In this document: positions 46,104 to 56,258 of the stretch, one piece after another | Layout: every line of letters begins with the position of its first letter | How positions within the stretch are numbered: position 1 is the stretch's first letter | DNA from: Parcubacteria bacterium C7867-004 | GTDB taxonomy: Bacteria > Patescibacteriota > Minisyncoccia > Phycocordibacterales > Phycocordibacteraceae | Length of the DNA stretch: 64,000 nt | Assembly: GCA_001189075.1 (NCBI GenBank) | Contig: LFCN01000006.1 | Location: 17,605-81,604, forward strand | Reading direction: 5' to 3' | Program-made: the position numbers and the translations under genes | Notes under the pieces: generated by a model | Database searches by the model: none | The model's input: only the letters and a program-made list of their open reading frames with translations | Told to the model about the DNA's origin: nothing

Positions 46104-47339
46104 TTAGAGATCGTACGACCAGAGGGAGCCGTCCCTCTGGTTCGTGAAGATGAGCACATCCGATTCGCGGTCAACCGTCAGTGCTACGGCGTCTATCTCC
46201 ACATCCCCTACCTGCAAAGGATCAACGATAAGGGTTGCGAGACGAGTGTCGAGATCGACCCTCCAGAGACGGTCGGTAAAGGCGTAGGCGCCCTGGTACC
46301 AGTCGTCCGGCGAAGCCTTTGATAGCGTGGTCGGAACGCCGCAGTACACTCCCCTGCCCCCTGCTTCCCATGCGCACTTATCCGCGATGGTTGCGAGCGG
46401 AAGCGGCGTTACGGTGCGGGTCGCTATGTTCATGATCTGCGTGTACAAGGTTCCCTTGTCGACGTAGCTGAACAAGACTGAGGTGCCGGTCGGATCCGCA
46501 AGCGTCGTGAGTCCCCGGAGCGGGCCGAGAAGACGAACGAACGAACCGTTCGCCCGGCTTACCAGGAACGCATACCCATCGAGCTCTTTGGACGCCTTGG
46601 TTGCAAGGACGAAATCGCCTCCCGAGAAGCTCGCGCGTAATTGTGCGAGCGCTGAGGTGAAGACGGTGGCTGTTCCGGTCCCGTCGGGCGCAGATACCGT
46701 TCCTGTTGAGCCGTTGCTTGAGGGCAAAAGTGAGAAGACGGTGCTAGTTCCCCGGACGATGATCTGGCTCAGGTTCTGTTCCAGGAAGTAGCCGTCATTC
46801 TCGCTGCCGTCGGTCGGAAGCGAATACGTATCAACATGCTCGGTGCCGTCATTAGCGCGCGTGAGGAACTGGGCGAATGCTCGCTTCCCGTCGCTGGTCC
46901 ACGCGGCTTCCTGGACTCCCGGCAGGGTCCGGTTGCTAATACGCGTAAGAAGCCGGTCGTGAACGAGGAAGGAGAACACGTTTCCGCTCTGGCGCTCTAT
47001 GTAGCGGACTTCAACTTCGGCAGGCTTTGATTCCTGGCTGCTGGTTGCGGTAGAGGTCGCGGACGAAGAAATGATCACAGGCGGGAGATAGATGGCCGCC
47101 ACACCCTTAGCAACAGGACCATCGGTTATGCGAAGCAACCGCGGAGCCACAACGACCCCTGCCCCCTGCACTGGTCCCACGTCAGTTGAATCATCTGGGG
47201 CCCGATCACCGCTTGGTGTGAATGGTGTGACATCAACGTTAAGCTTCGCACCCGGTGCGAATACGAAGAACCAGAGCGCAGCAACGAGGCCGAGGATGAC
47301 GATGACGCCCGCGATGATGATGAGTACTCGTCGGTTCAT
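46104..47339 (-). CDS. Membrane-anchored beta-propeller-like protein
   Basis: N-terminal TM; YIERQSGNVF, KCAW...YCGVP, PDDWYQG...FTDRLW, LIFTNQRDGSLW. Confidence 0.65.
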   Translation of the reverse strand: MNRRVLIIIAGVIVILGLVAALWFFVFAPGAKLNVDVTPFTPSGDRAPDDSTDVGPVQGAGVVVAPRLLRITDGPVAKGVAAIYLPPVIISSSATSTATSSQESKPAEVEVRYIERQSGNVFSFLVHDRLLTRISNRTLPGVQEAAWTSDGKRAFAQFLTRANDGTEHVDTYSLPTDGSENDGYFLEQNLSQIIVRGTSTVFSLLPSSNGSTGTVSAPDGTGTATVFTSALAQLRASFSGGDFVLATKASKELDGYAFLVSRANGSFVRLLGPLRGLTTLADPTGTSVLFSYVDKGTLYTQIMNIATRTVTPLPLATIADKCAWEAGGRGVYCGVPTTLSKASPDDWYQGAYAFTDRLWRVDLDTRLATLIVDPLQVGDVEIDAVALTVDRESDVLIFTNQRDGSLWSYDL

Positions 47340-47341
47340 AT

Positions 47342-48190
47342 CTAGAAGGTGCAGTTGGTCTGCTGGCTAAGTGGTTTCCTGCAGTCGCACTGGAATTCGC
47401 CCGTTGAGGCGAGTTTGTTCTTTGTCGGCCACTCCTGAAGTGATTTGTCGCATGCTGCCTGGGTGGTAAAGGGTCCTTGCTGCTGTGTTGTCGCGGTGCC
47501 TCCGCCGTCCGGCTCGAACTTGCCGCGCCAGCCGTAGGTTGCTGCAGCCGCTGGTGGGGTGCAGTTGCAGGTCGGATCGCTGAGAGCGTTGGTCGTTGAT
47601 AGCTGTACCTTGCATCCGGCCTGAGACGCGCAACAAGTCTGTTCTGCGGCCGTTACCACCTTAACTCCGTTCGGTATGGTGGTGCAGCTCCCTGCTGGAG
47701 CCTTTACGCACGCCTTGTTCTTACAGATCTTCCCGATAGCGCAGGTTACCGAACACGTCCCATCTCCCAATTCCGCTGATGGCCCGAAGTTCGACGTCGT
47801 ACTCGTATCAAGCTTGCCAAGCCCGCCTATCTTGAGGCTCAGGATGTCCGGATTGATTATGGAAAACACGACGACCGGGGAAAGAACAAGAATGAGCCCG
47901 CCGATCGCCATAGCGATGAGGTTTTTGGCCTCCTTCTTCTCGGTAAAACTGTCTCCACCCATGTACATGATGCCAGCCCGCATGATTTGAAGCACTGCGA
48001 TAACCGCGGCAAGTCCGATACAGATGCGATAGAGATTGTTAAGGAAGAGCGGAAGCGAGCTCGATTTGCCTAGACCCTCGAGAAACGGAGCGTTCTGGGT
48101 CAACGGCACAAAGCTTGTGTCGACCGCAGCGCCCGCAATCAGAGGAGTGCTAATGAAGAGCGCGAGTACCAAGAGAGGGATGTATTTCAT
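47342..48190 (-). CDS. TrbC/VirB2-like pilin with Cys-rich C-terminal extension
   Basis: Signal peptide, two hydrophobic helices (IGLAAVIAVLQIMRAGIMYM...AKNLIAMAIGGLIL...INPDIL), tail with more than 10 Cys. Confidence 0.7.
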   Translation of the reverse strand: MKYIPLLVLALFISTPLIAGAAVDTSFVPLTQNAPFLEGLGKSSSLPLFLNNLYRICIGLAAVIAVLQIMRAGIMYMGGDSFTEKKEAKNLIAMAIGGLILVLSPVVVFSIINPDILSLKIGGLGKLDTSTTSNFGPSAELGDGTCSVTCAIGKICKNKACVKAPAGSCTTIPNGVKVVTAAEQTCCASQAGCKVQLSTTNALSDPTCNCTPPAAAATYGWRGKFEPDGGGTATTQQQGPFTTQAACDKSLQEWPTKNKLASTGEFQCDCRKPLSQQTNCTF

Positions 48191-48193
48191 AGA

Positions 48194-49192
48194 CTATAGA
48201 CCGAATATACCGAGGAATCCGCCGGTCGCACCGAACTCAACCGCGGTGCGCGTCTCCGCGTTCTGGAAATGAGACCGCTCGCTCGCTGAAAGCCTGAGCT
48301 GCGCAGTCCCCTTCCCGTTTCCGGTAGCACGTACCGTGATGTCTTTATCAGCACCGGCAGTAGAGCCATTAACCGTCCACGCAAGCGTCGGTGGAACCGC
48401 AAAGAAGTAGGCTACCGAACGGAAGGTCGCTTCGGTGTCGGGCATGGAGAACGAGGTCGAGACGACGTTATCAAAATCAGGTCCAAGCAATGGATCGTTG
48501 CGATAGATACGCACGACGGGATCGGTAGGCGAAACCGTCGTACTCGCCTCCCCCACAAGCGTACTGTCGGGACTCGTCACAGTTACGGTAATAGGTGCGT
48601 TACGGTATCGAACTGGTGCGTCAGCGGTGATGGTGGACTTCCCGATACCGGAGACGTCGGTAAGAAGCTGATCGCCGAGCCGCCAGTTGTACACCAAGCT
48701 TGAGTTCGGAAGCCGAGCACCGGGCGAAGTCCTCAGATCAGCGAGCGCAACGAGACGAACCCGTCCCTGGGACGCCACTTGCGGCATTCCCTTATAGAAC
48801 GGGTGCACGGTTGAAACAGGCTCGACGACAAGTGAGACCTCGGCAGGACGAATGACGCGCGTAATACTGTAGGTCTGTCCCGTCGGATCTTTTACAGAGG
48901 TCACTACCGTCGTCTTCTCACCGCTCGCTCCCATCTGGAATTCGGCACCGGCCGTGCCGCTCCCCTCAAACACTTTCGTGCCGTTAACGGTAATCGTTAC
49001 GGTGCTTGCGGAAAGATCGATGAGCGTACTTTGAGGGTATATCTGCACGACCTGATAGGGACGGGGATAGTATGGATTGAGCGTTACCGTAAGGGGTGCG
49101 GCCCCGCCAATATCGAGCTGAGCACGGGCTGCCCCGGGCGCCATTCCTGAAAAGAGGGCGAGAGCAAGGATGAGGCCGAAGAGCGGGCGCAT
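48194..49192 (-). CDS. Secreted Ig-like/PKD-like repeat protein
   Basis: Signal peptide ending ARA; beta-rich repeats with W-x-V-N-G and VHPFYKG motifs. Confidence 0.6.
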   Translation of the reverse strand: MRPLFGLILALALFSGMAPGAARAQLDIGGAAPLTVTLNPYYPRPYQVVQIYPQSTLIDLSASTVTITVNGTKVFEGSGTAGAEFQMGASGEKTTVVTSVKDPTGQTYSITRVIRPAEVSLVVEPVSTVHPFYKGMPQVASQGRVRLVALADLRTSPGARLPNSSLVYNWRLGDQLLTDVSGIGKSTITADAPVRYRNAPITVTVTSPDSTLVGEASTTVSPTDPVVRIYRNDPLLGPDFDNVVSTSFSMPDTEATFRSVAYFFAVPPTLAWTVNGSTAGADKDITVRATGNGKGTAQLRLSASERSHFQNAETRTAVEFGATGGFLGIFGL

Positions 49193-49250
49193 GTAGCTAG
49201 TATATACCGCTACAGGGCATAGCCTCCATTACGACGTGGGTACTGCCCTT

Positions 49251-49784
49251 CTATCGACCCCTACCAGGGGCAATGATTTCGGTGACGCCATTCTTGTGGA
49301 GTATCTCAAGTGCTTCTTCGAACAACTTCACGATCTTTTTCTCTTTATAGTAGGCCATGAGTACGAATATGGTGTTCGCGGGCACCAACTGTACGAACGG
49401 GATTATCTCTATGGCCATCATGGTGAAAAAACGCACCCACAACCATTTTATAAGGGCTTTCTTCCACCATCCCCCGCTTATCTTCCCCATGCACCAGAAC
49501 GTGAGGATCAATCCCATGGCGACCGAGATAAAAAATGCCACTACGGTGAGTATCAGACTCAGATCGAGCGGCCAATCAAGGATGTCCTTGGTTATCGACG
49601 CCCCGAGGATAATGAACGGAAAGCTCGGACGCGGCGGCAATTTGGTAAGCAGAAGCTCGGCATCCTCGTCCTCGAATTTCTCATCCTTCGACTCGAACAG
49701 TTCTCGTATACGGCTAAACGCCCAGTCGATAAGTTCTGCTCGAGCCTCTGCGAATATTTCTTCCGGGGATCGATCGTTTTCCAC
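49251..49784 (-). CDS. Hypothetical membrane protein
   Basis: Several TM helices; EIIPFVQLVPANT motif; directly downstream of the VirB4-like gene. Confidence 0.6.
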   Translation of the reverse strand: MENDRSPEEIFAEARAELIDWAFSRIRELFESKDEKFEDEDAELLLTKLPPRPSFPFIILGASITKDILDWPLDLSLILTVVAFFISVAMGLILTFWCMGKISGGWWKKALIKWLWVRFFTMMAIEIIPFVQLVPANTIFVLMAYYKEKKIVKLFEEALEILHKNGVTEIIAPGRGR

Positions 49785-49795
49785 GGAGGTATGCG

Positions 49796-51619
49796 TTAGG
49801 TACCTGCAGCAGCGTTCCTATCCTTTTCCTGCTGGATCTTTAGGAGCTGTGATGGGTCGGAGGTGATGATCTGATCCTCGGTGTATGACGCAACAACCTT
49901 GATGGCGACGTGCTTCAATCCCGCGAAGAACAACCCCTCCCCTACCCCTGACTCAAGCAGAAGGAACTTTTCCTGATCGGTTAGATTGAAGGTTTCTTTC
50001 AGCACGTCGATGGTTGTCGGAGACTGCTTGAGGAGCAGCTGCATCGAAGAGTTCGTGAGTATTGGTCTACCATAGGGGCTCCTGAGGAAGTCTTCGACGT
50101 CCTGGGTGATAGTGGCGAGACCGAGATAGTATTTGCGGCCGCGCTTGGCGATGCTGTAGAGGAATGAGGCCGTATCCTCCGACTTCATCATCCACCACGC
50201 CTCGTCGATAACCAGGAGGCGCTGCTTGAGCTCATGTCTGACTGCGTTCCAGATGAAGTGCGTGATGATGTACATCGCTACCGGCTTCAGCTCGTCCTCC
50301 ATATCGCGCACGGAGAAGACGATGAACTGCTTATTGATGTCGACGTTGGTCGGCTGGTTGATGAAGCCTGCCCAGGTGCCGTGGGTGTACTTCGAGAGGC
50401 GCGTAACGAGCGATTCCGAGCCTTCCATGCCGGAGAGTACGTTCTCGAAGTCGGAGAGAAGCGGGGGCTCGACACCGGTAAAGTCCGCATCCCCGGTAAT
50501 ATCCTTGAGCGCATAGGTCTCAGTTATTGCACGGTCTACAATCGCATCTTCTTCAGGAGAAAGTCCTCCGAGCATGATACGGAAGAGTCCCACGAGGTTG
50601 ATGATGTTGCTCCGGAGTATGTCTGCGGGCTCCTCGTCCTCTTTGACAGGGGGAAGGTCGAACGGATTGATGTGGTTCTCGGATGAGAGAGAGATGTTAA
50701 ATGTGCGTCCGCCGGTAGCCTGCGCGAGGAACTCGTACTCGCGCTCTGGGTCGATAACGATAACGTCCGTACCGAACATGAGCGAACGGAGCACCTCGAG
50801 CTTAACCGCGTACGACTTTCCGGAACCAGACTTCGCGAATACAACGGAGTTGTAGTTCTCGAGCGAGAACCGATCGAAGAGGATGAGCGACGCGTTATGG
50901 CGATTGATGCCGTAGAGGATGCCGCGATCGCTCGTGAGATCGAAGGAGACGAACGGGAATAAGGACGACAGAGGCCCGGAATTCAGCTTGCTCGTCACTT
51001 CCAACTCATCGAGCGCGAGCGGAAGTGTGGAGCGGAAGCCTTGTTCCTGCTGGAAGAGCGCAGGCTTGGTGTACACGAGCTTCGCGTCGAGGATGCCGCG
51101 CACTTCCCCTTCGATCTTGTCGAGATCGTCTTTCGAGTTCCCGTATATCGTGAGGTACAAGCCCACCTCGAAGATGTGCTCCTCTGCTTGCTGGAGTTGG
51201 TCGCGCAGCTGCTCGAGATCGCGGTATGCCGTATCGAGCATTGGGTCACGAACGAGCCCCTTCTCTGCCCTATCGGAGATCTGGCTTTCTATCTCGGCGA
51301 CCTTCTTCTGGAAGCCACGGAGCGCCGTTCCGGTATCGACCGGATGGATGAAGATGCCGATATCGAGCACCTTATCCATGTTTATAATCGGGCTGAACCA
51401 GCTGTCTACGAGGAAGCGCGGGTATGAAATGGTGTAGAACGAGCGGGAGAACTTCTCGCCGAGCTCGAGTTCGCGAGCGCCAACCTTGAGTGCTGCCGGA
51501 GCTATAGCGTCAGCGAGCTGCAGCTCCCCTTCCGCATAGATATCCTTCGGAAGCACGGACGCCGGCCTCGGTGCCTCTCCTTCGTTCTTATTCTTTCCTA
51601 GAAAATCAAGCAGTGCCAT
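49796..51619 (-). CDS. VirB4/TraC-like ATPase
   Basis: GILYGIN, FDRFSLENYN, AKSGSGKS (Walker A), IDPEREY, INPFD, VIDEAW (Walker B), RGRKY, ITQDVED. Confidence 0.9.
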   Translation of the reverse strand: MALLDFLGKNKNEGEAPRPASVLPKDIYAEGELQLADAIAPAALKVGARELELGEKFSRSFYTISYPRFLVDSWFSPIINMDKVLDIGIFIHPVDTGTALRGFQKKVAEIESQISDRAEKGLVRDPMLDTAYRDLEQLRDQLQQAEEHIFEVGLYLTIYGNSKDDLDKIEGEVRGILDAKLVYTKPALFQQEQGFRSTLPLALDELEVTSKLNSGPLSSLFPFVSFDLTSDRGILYGINRHNASLILFDRFSLENYNSVVFAKSGSGKSYAVKLEVLRSLMFGTDVIVIDPEREYEFLAQATGGRTFNISLSSENHINPFDLPPVKEDEEPADILRSNIINLVGLFRIMLGGLSPEEDAIVDRAITETYALKDITGDADFTGVEPPLLSDFENVLSGMEGSESLVTRLSKYTHGTWAGFINQPTNVDINKQFIVFSVRDMEDELKPVAMYIITHFIWNAVRHELKQRLLVIDEAWWMMKSEDTASFLYSIAKRGRKYYLGLATITQDVEDFLRSPYGRPILTNSSMQLLLKQSPTTIDVLKETFNLTDQEKFLLLESGVGEGLFFAGLKHVAIKVVASYTEDQIITSDPSQLLKIQQEKDRNAAAGT

Positions 51620-51623
51620 AGAA

Positions 51624-52265
51624 TTATGCGTTGGTGAGACGGATCGGATTTTCGAGTTCGCTCAAGTTGAAGGAGCGGTATAGAAGCTCGATTATCTCTT
51701 CCGTGCCGAGCGGCACCGCACGCACGCCGCTTGAGCCGAGCCCTGATACGACGAGTGCCATTCTCTGCTCGAGCTGCACCCGATGCTCCTCGAAGGAAGC
51801 CTCAGGACCGGTGCTTCCTGATTTCTTCGCTCCGCCGCGACCGAGGAACGAGATTGCGCTCGCCACTTCCCCACCTGCGCTAGGTGCGTAGGGAACAATG
51901 ACATAGAACATCTTCGTCATGATGTCGTTCGTGTCGATGAAATTGCGGATGAACTGCTCGTATTCGCGCAGCTGGAGTTTCATGAGTTCGGTAGTCTGAG
52001 TGCCAGCTCGACTCTCGAGAAGAGCGAGGTACGGACGGATATCCGTTTTCCGAGAATGAATAACGATCTCGACGCTGAAGTCGAGTGTATTGAGGAAACT
52101 CTGGAAACCCTGCACGACTCCTTGCTGCTCGTCTTCACCCTTGAGCGCGAAGTTTATCGACGAGCACATGAGTATGCCGCGATAGCCGTCATTCTTTAGG
52201 ATGACGACGCCGTTGCGGACCTCCTTAACAGGAACGAACGATTGAGTTGTTTTAGGTGCGGGCAT
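51624..52265 (-). CDS. VirB4 N-terminal-like accessory protein
   Basis: TQSFVPVKEVRNG, SINFALKGEDEQ, FLNTLDF, FYVIVPY; lies between prgI and virB4. Start at ATG 52265. Confidence 0.7.
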   Translation of the reverse strand: MPAPKTTQSFVPVKEVRNGVVILKNDGYRGILMCSSINFALKGEDEQQGVVQGFQSFLNTLDFSVEIVIHSRKTDIRPYLALLESRAGTQTTELMKLQLREYEQFIRNFIDTNDIMTKMFYVIVPYAPSAGGEVASAISFLGRGGAKKSGSTGPEASFEEHRVQLEQRMALVVSGLGSSGVRAVPLGTEEIIELLYRSFNLSELENPIRLTNA

Positions 52266-52269
52266 GCGG

Positions 52270-52686
52270 TTATCGGCCGGGAGCGGGCGGGTTATCTTGG
52301 ATATCGAGCGAGCGTGCAAGATCGTGCAACCGTCCTCGCGTCATGCCGAGCTTCGCACGATCTTCGGGAACTGGAGCCGCCGGAGCCGCTACGGTCGATG
52401 CTACCGGCTTCTCTTTCTTCCAGAGGTAGAGACGGTCCGCGATGAGGTACTTGAATCCGGCCTCCATGATCTCGACGAACGGCTTGTTGTTGATCTTGTA
52501 GAACGCGAGGGCTGCGGTGAACGCCGCAACCGGTATTGCAAGGAGAATGCCGACTAGGCGCGGGAGATAGAGCACGAGTATGGCGCAGAGACCGACGCCG
52601 CCTGCGATGTAGATGAACTGCTTAAGTGTGAAAGGGCCGAATATCTTGTCTTCGACCTCGATGAACTGCGGTACCTGGTACTCCAT
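52270..52686 (-). CDS. PrgI family (VirB3-like) membrane protein
   Basis: YQVPQFIEVEDKIFGPFTLKQF, two TM helices, KINNKPF. Confidence 0.88.
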   Translation of the reverse strand: MEYQVPQFIEVEDKIFGPFTLKQFIYIAGGVGLCAILVLYLPRLVGILLAIPVAAFTAALAFYKINNKPFVEIMEAGFKYLIADRLYLWKKEKPVASTVAAPAAPVPEDRAKLGMTRGRLHDLARSLDIQDNPPAPGR

Positions 52687-52747
52687 TACTAGCAGTATAC
52701 CAGTCGACGGCGCGAGTGCGCCGTCGTTTTCATCTGATTAGCTGAAA

Positions 52748-53173
52748 CTAGTGGTGTCCTCCCCCGCCGTGACCGTGACCACCTCCGCCATGATCATCCT
52801 TCTTTCCGCCTCCATGTCCGCCGCCGCCGGCCATCTCTTTCCATCGCTTGAGTCCGGTCCATACGATAGAAAAGAATGCTCCAAAAAAACCTATACCTCT
52901 TTTGACCCACTTATTATCCATAAACCCCTCTCCGTGATGGCCTCCGCCAGACGTGCTCGAGTGCGAACTCCCGGTCAAGGTTGCGGCTCCATGAGCCCCG
53001 TTTGATGCTCTGTGTTCGGCTTCGCCATGTGCTGCGAGCCTCTCTCGTGCTGCAGCCGCAGCGCTTTCCGCTGCCGGATCGTGAGGCGGGACTACCGGAT
53101 CAGTCGAACCAGGAGTCGCAGGTGTCCCTTCGCTTCTTGATGCTTCGTGATTTGCTGGAGGATGTTCGGACAT
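52748..53173 (-). CDS. His/Gly-rich low-complexity membrane-associated protein
   Basis: Amphipathic/TM segment GIGFFGAFFSIVW flanked by His/Gly tracts (GGGHGGGKKDDHGGGGHGHGGGGHH). Confidence 0.6.
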   Translation of the reverse strand: MSEHPPANHEASRSEGTPATPGSTDPVVPPHDPAAESAAAAARERLAAHGEAEHRASNGAHGAATLTGSSHSSTSGGGHHGEGFMDNKWVKRGIGFFGAFFSIVWTGLKRWKEMAGGGGHGGGKKDDHGGGGHGHGGGGHH

Positions 53174-53222
53174 GGATAAAGCTTATCAGCGCTCGGGCCT
53201 CAATACAAAGACGGAAATCGCA

Positions 53223-54116
53223 CTACGCGATAGGTTCGCGATACGGGTCAGAACCTGGCAACCGTGATGGCGGAGGCACCGTTGCTATCTGCGGGGGCGG
53301 GATCGGGGCTGAAAAAACAGGCGGCTGCGGCGCAGGAGGAACCTCGGTATAGGAAACCGTCTGCGGCACTGCCTCTGGCTGCATAATCGCAGGATGAGGT
53401 ACTGGAGCGGGAGGAGTTTGAGGGTGCGGAATATATACATGCACCGATGCAGCAGACTGCCAGCCGATCGGAGAGGCCGGCTGCACGGTGGAAACCGTAT
53501 GCTGAACCTGAAGAGGAACTGCAGGTGCTGAGACCGGGGCTGGGGCTATGGGTGGTGTCACTTCGGCCACGGGCGGTTCGCTTATTACTGGTATCTGTCG
53601 AGCCACTTCAGGCGCTGGCGCTGGAACAGGCATCGGTGCAGGCACAGACGAGCCTGGAAGGGTTACTGGCGAAGGAGCCGCGGCATATTCTAGTGCGGGC
53701 GGAGGCAACACAGGTGTCGATTGCTGTGGCGCAGGAGTAGCTGCGGCAACCGGAACCGTAGTGAGCGATATGGGAACACGAACGCTACCGTCAGTCATTG
53801 CGCTACCTCCACCAGTCATAATCGCGTCTCGAAGCGGCATAAACACCTCTTTATTTAGGTCGGCAACAAGTCTGGTGGCAGTTGGTGTATCGATTCCTAA
53901 GGTCTGCAGCGCGCCAATAAAATCATCAGGCTTCATGAGCCCAAGAAGCATGTCCCGGATCAATTCCGTAATCGAACCGACAGTGTCGATATGGAGACCG
54001 TAACGAGTCTGAAGACCGACCATGAAGTCGATGCCAGCACCATCCGAGAGCGTATCTTGAATAGCTTTCGGTGCCGCGTCATACGCAGCGAGCAGTTGTT
54101 CTTGAGGACGCGACAT
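53223..54116 (-). CDS. Hypothetical protein with helical N-domain, Pro-rich linker and DPYREPI tail
   Basis: N-terminal ~100 aa globular region, long P/A/V-rich region, C-terminal DPYREP. Confidence 0.65.
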   Translation of the reverse strand: MSRPQEQLLAAYDAAPKAIQDTLSDGAGIDFMVGLQTRYGLHIDTVGSITELIRDMLLGLMKPDDFIGALQTLGIDTPTATRLVADLNKEVFMPLRDAIMTGGGSAMTDGSVRVPISLTTVPVAAATPAPQQSTPVLPPPALEYAAAPSPVTLPGSSVPAPMPVPAPAPEVARQIPVISEPPVAEVTPPIAPAPVSAPAVPLQVQHTVSTVQPASPIGWQSAASVHVYIPHPQTPPAPVPHPAIMQPEAVPQTVSYTEVPPAPQPPVFSAPIPPPQIATVPPPSRLPGSDPYREPIA

Positions 54117-54134
54117 ACCGTACTGTTCAGTTAC

Positions 54135-56255
54135 CTATATTGTAATGCCTGCCCAACGTTCCTTCACTTTTGGATTCGCAGCAAGCAATGCGTCGAACTC
54201 CACTCTTTTCGGAGACGTAGCAGGAAGAGACCGTAGGTATCCAAGTACTGTTCGTAGCTCGCCAGGATTGAGTTTGTTGGGATCAATTGTCGCAAGCTGT
54301 CGACCTGACATATTCTGGTGAACTTCTGCGCGCGCAAGGATTGCCGGCTTAAGCTTGCCAATGTCTTCGTTGGACATGCCACCGATGGTTCCTGCGGCAC
54401 GCGTTCCTTCAAATCGCTTATCGCGGGCATCCCTGAGGGCGCCCTGTTGAGCGCCCGTAAGCTTGTCATTCTTGATGACAGCATCAAACTGATCGTCAGA
54501 GATATTTGCCGCGAAATTCTCATCCGAAAGGAGACCAGCGTGGTCGTTTGATTTTGCAAGCTCGGAAAGATCTTTCGCTGACCAGCGCTTAAGAGCCGTC
54601 TGCGCCGCCTTCTTCTGATCCGGAGTGGCGGCAGGGTCGTTGATCGTTGTCAGTTGTTCTTGAATCGCATCAAATCGGCCCTTTCGGAGCTGGCCCTTCT
54701 GGCCCTCATCAAGCTTGTCGCTCTTCATGAGACTTTCGAACTGCTCAGGAGTAAGATTCTGTGCCATTGAGGCGATACCTTCCTTGATTCCATGAAGCTC
54801 TTCAAGCTGTTTGGTAGAGAGTGACGCCAAGTACTGCTTACTGTCATCGCCAATTACGCCATGACCTTCCTCCTGGTCATGTGCCTCCTTCTCAAGCGTC
54901 TGCTTCTTCACCTCACCTAGGTATTCTCGCTCAAGTTCCTTTCCGGCCTTTCCTTCCTTAATGTCCTCATACAGATGCTTGGCGTCACCAAACGTTGCGT
55001 GTTCCGCTGGCTTCGCTCCGGCAGTGATTCCGGCTGCTCCGAGCACAGAACCCACGCCTGCCCTGCGGATATCGAGGTTGGCCTTCTCGAGCGGACGCAG
55101 TATGCGGTTCACGGCGACCTGCCCTGCCCTACCGCCAAAGCCGGTCTTCTGTTGCAGACGTCGGAGCGCAAACGCGCCGCCGCCGACACCGTAGTTCGCT
55201 ACTCGGGCGGCGGAACCAAACGTAACCGCGCTCGCCGTATTCATCGCGAACTTAGCACCCATTGCACCCATCTTGTTCGCAACTATAAGCGACGCCATCA
55301 TGAATCCGATGATAACGGCGAATACGAGCACGACCTGCACGTTCCCGGCAGCCGCTTGCGCACCGGCAACGCCACCCGTACCCGCGATCGCTTCACCCAG
55401 TTTTCCGCTTGAGCCCTGTGCGAGCGTCTCTGTTAGTTTAAGACTTATGAAGATAAGGAGGAGATATGCAGGAGCGAAGAACGCCTGAGAGAAGAGTTTG
55501 CTCCACCACTCGTCGGCAAGCTTCTTGAGTGACGGTATGGCCATGCCCGCGAATCCTATCGGCGAGGTAACCATAAGGAGCGAGAGCACCACGACTCGAT
55601 AGATGAACATGATTGCCCCTGCCAACAGCACCATCGCGGTTATCATGACGAATATCGCGAGGCAGATGAGCACGATTGCCGAGGCGAGGGGCTTCGTTGC
55701 GTTCACGCCGTCCCCTCCGGTCCAAATGCTGCCGATGCCGGCCCGATCGGATACCAGTCCCGAGATTCCCACGTTAACGCAGGGATCTGCGGGCGCTGAA
55801 GGGTCACACTTCTGGCCTGCCTGTTCCGCAAACACCGAAGCAAGGCCGTTCGAAACGTCGATTATGGCCTGGGTAGCAAACAAGCTGAAGTTCACGAGCA
55901 CGGCGAAGAGGATCAAGCGCGGTATCGCTTTCTTCGCGCTTATACCGCCGCCATGCCCATGCCCTCCTCCGTCAACATTAAGGATGAGCATTACGCCCAT
56001 GAATATGAATCCAAAGAGAAGGCCAATATTCGCTATGTCGCGCATCACTCCCCAGGCGACGAGCATCGCATCTGAAGTGCCGAAATAGGTTCCGAACTGG
56101 TACACGGTCCGGATTACCGCCCAGTTGAATACGAGACCTACGAGCCAGAGAATTAGATTCGCGAGACCCAGCATCGCCACCCCGAGCGGGTACAGGACAA
56201 TACCGAAGAGCCACTCCCCTCCTCCGACGACTGCGTTAATGAAACCCGATATCAT
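54135..56255 (-). CDS. VirB6/TrbL-like polytopic membrane protein with C-terminal helical repeats
   Basis: WGVMRDIAN, LVNFSLF...IID.SN, RVVVLSLLMVTSPIGF, WWSKL...FFAP. Confidence 0.75.
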   Translation of the reverse strand: MISGFINAVVGGGEWLFGIVLYPLGVAMLGLANLILWLVGLVFNWAVIRTVYQFGTYFGTSDAMLVAWGVMRDIANIGLLFGFIFMGVMLILNVDGGGHGHGGGISAKKAIPRLILFAVLVNFSLFATQAIIDVSNGLASVFAEQAGQKCDPSAPADPCVNVGISGLVSDRAGIGSIWTGGDGVNATKPLASAIVLICLAIFVMITAMVLLAGAIMFIYRVVVLSLLMVTSPIGFAGMAIPSLKKLADEWWSKLFSQAFFAPAYLLLIFISLKLTETLAQGSSGKLGEAIAGTGGVAGAQAAAGNVQVVLVFAVIIGFMMASLIVANKMGAMGAKFAMNTASAVTFGSAARVANYGVGGGAFALRRLQQKTGFGGRAGQVAVNRILRPLEKANLDIRRAGVGSVLGAAGITAGAKPAEHATFGDAKHLYEDIKEGKAGKELEREYLGEVKKQTLEKEAHDQEEGHGVIGDDSKQYLASLSTKQLEELHGIKEGIASMAQNLTPEQFESLMKSDKLDEGQKGQLRKGRFDAIQEQLTTINDPAATPDQKKAAQTALKRWSAKDLSELAKSNDHAGLLSDENFAANISDDQFDAVIKNDKLTGAQQGALRDARDKRFEGTRAAGTIGGMSNEDIGKLKPAILARAEVHQNMSGRQLATIDPNKLNPGELRTVLGYLRSLPATSPKRVEFDALLAANPKVKERWAGITI

Positions 56256-56258
56256 GTT

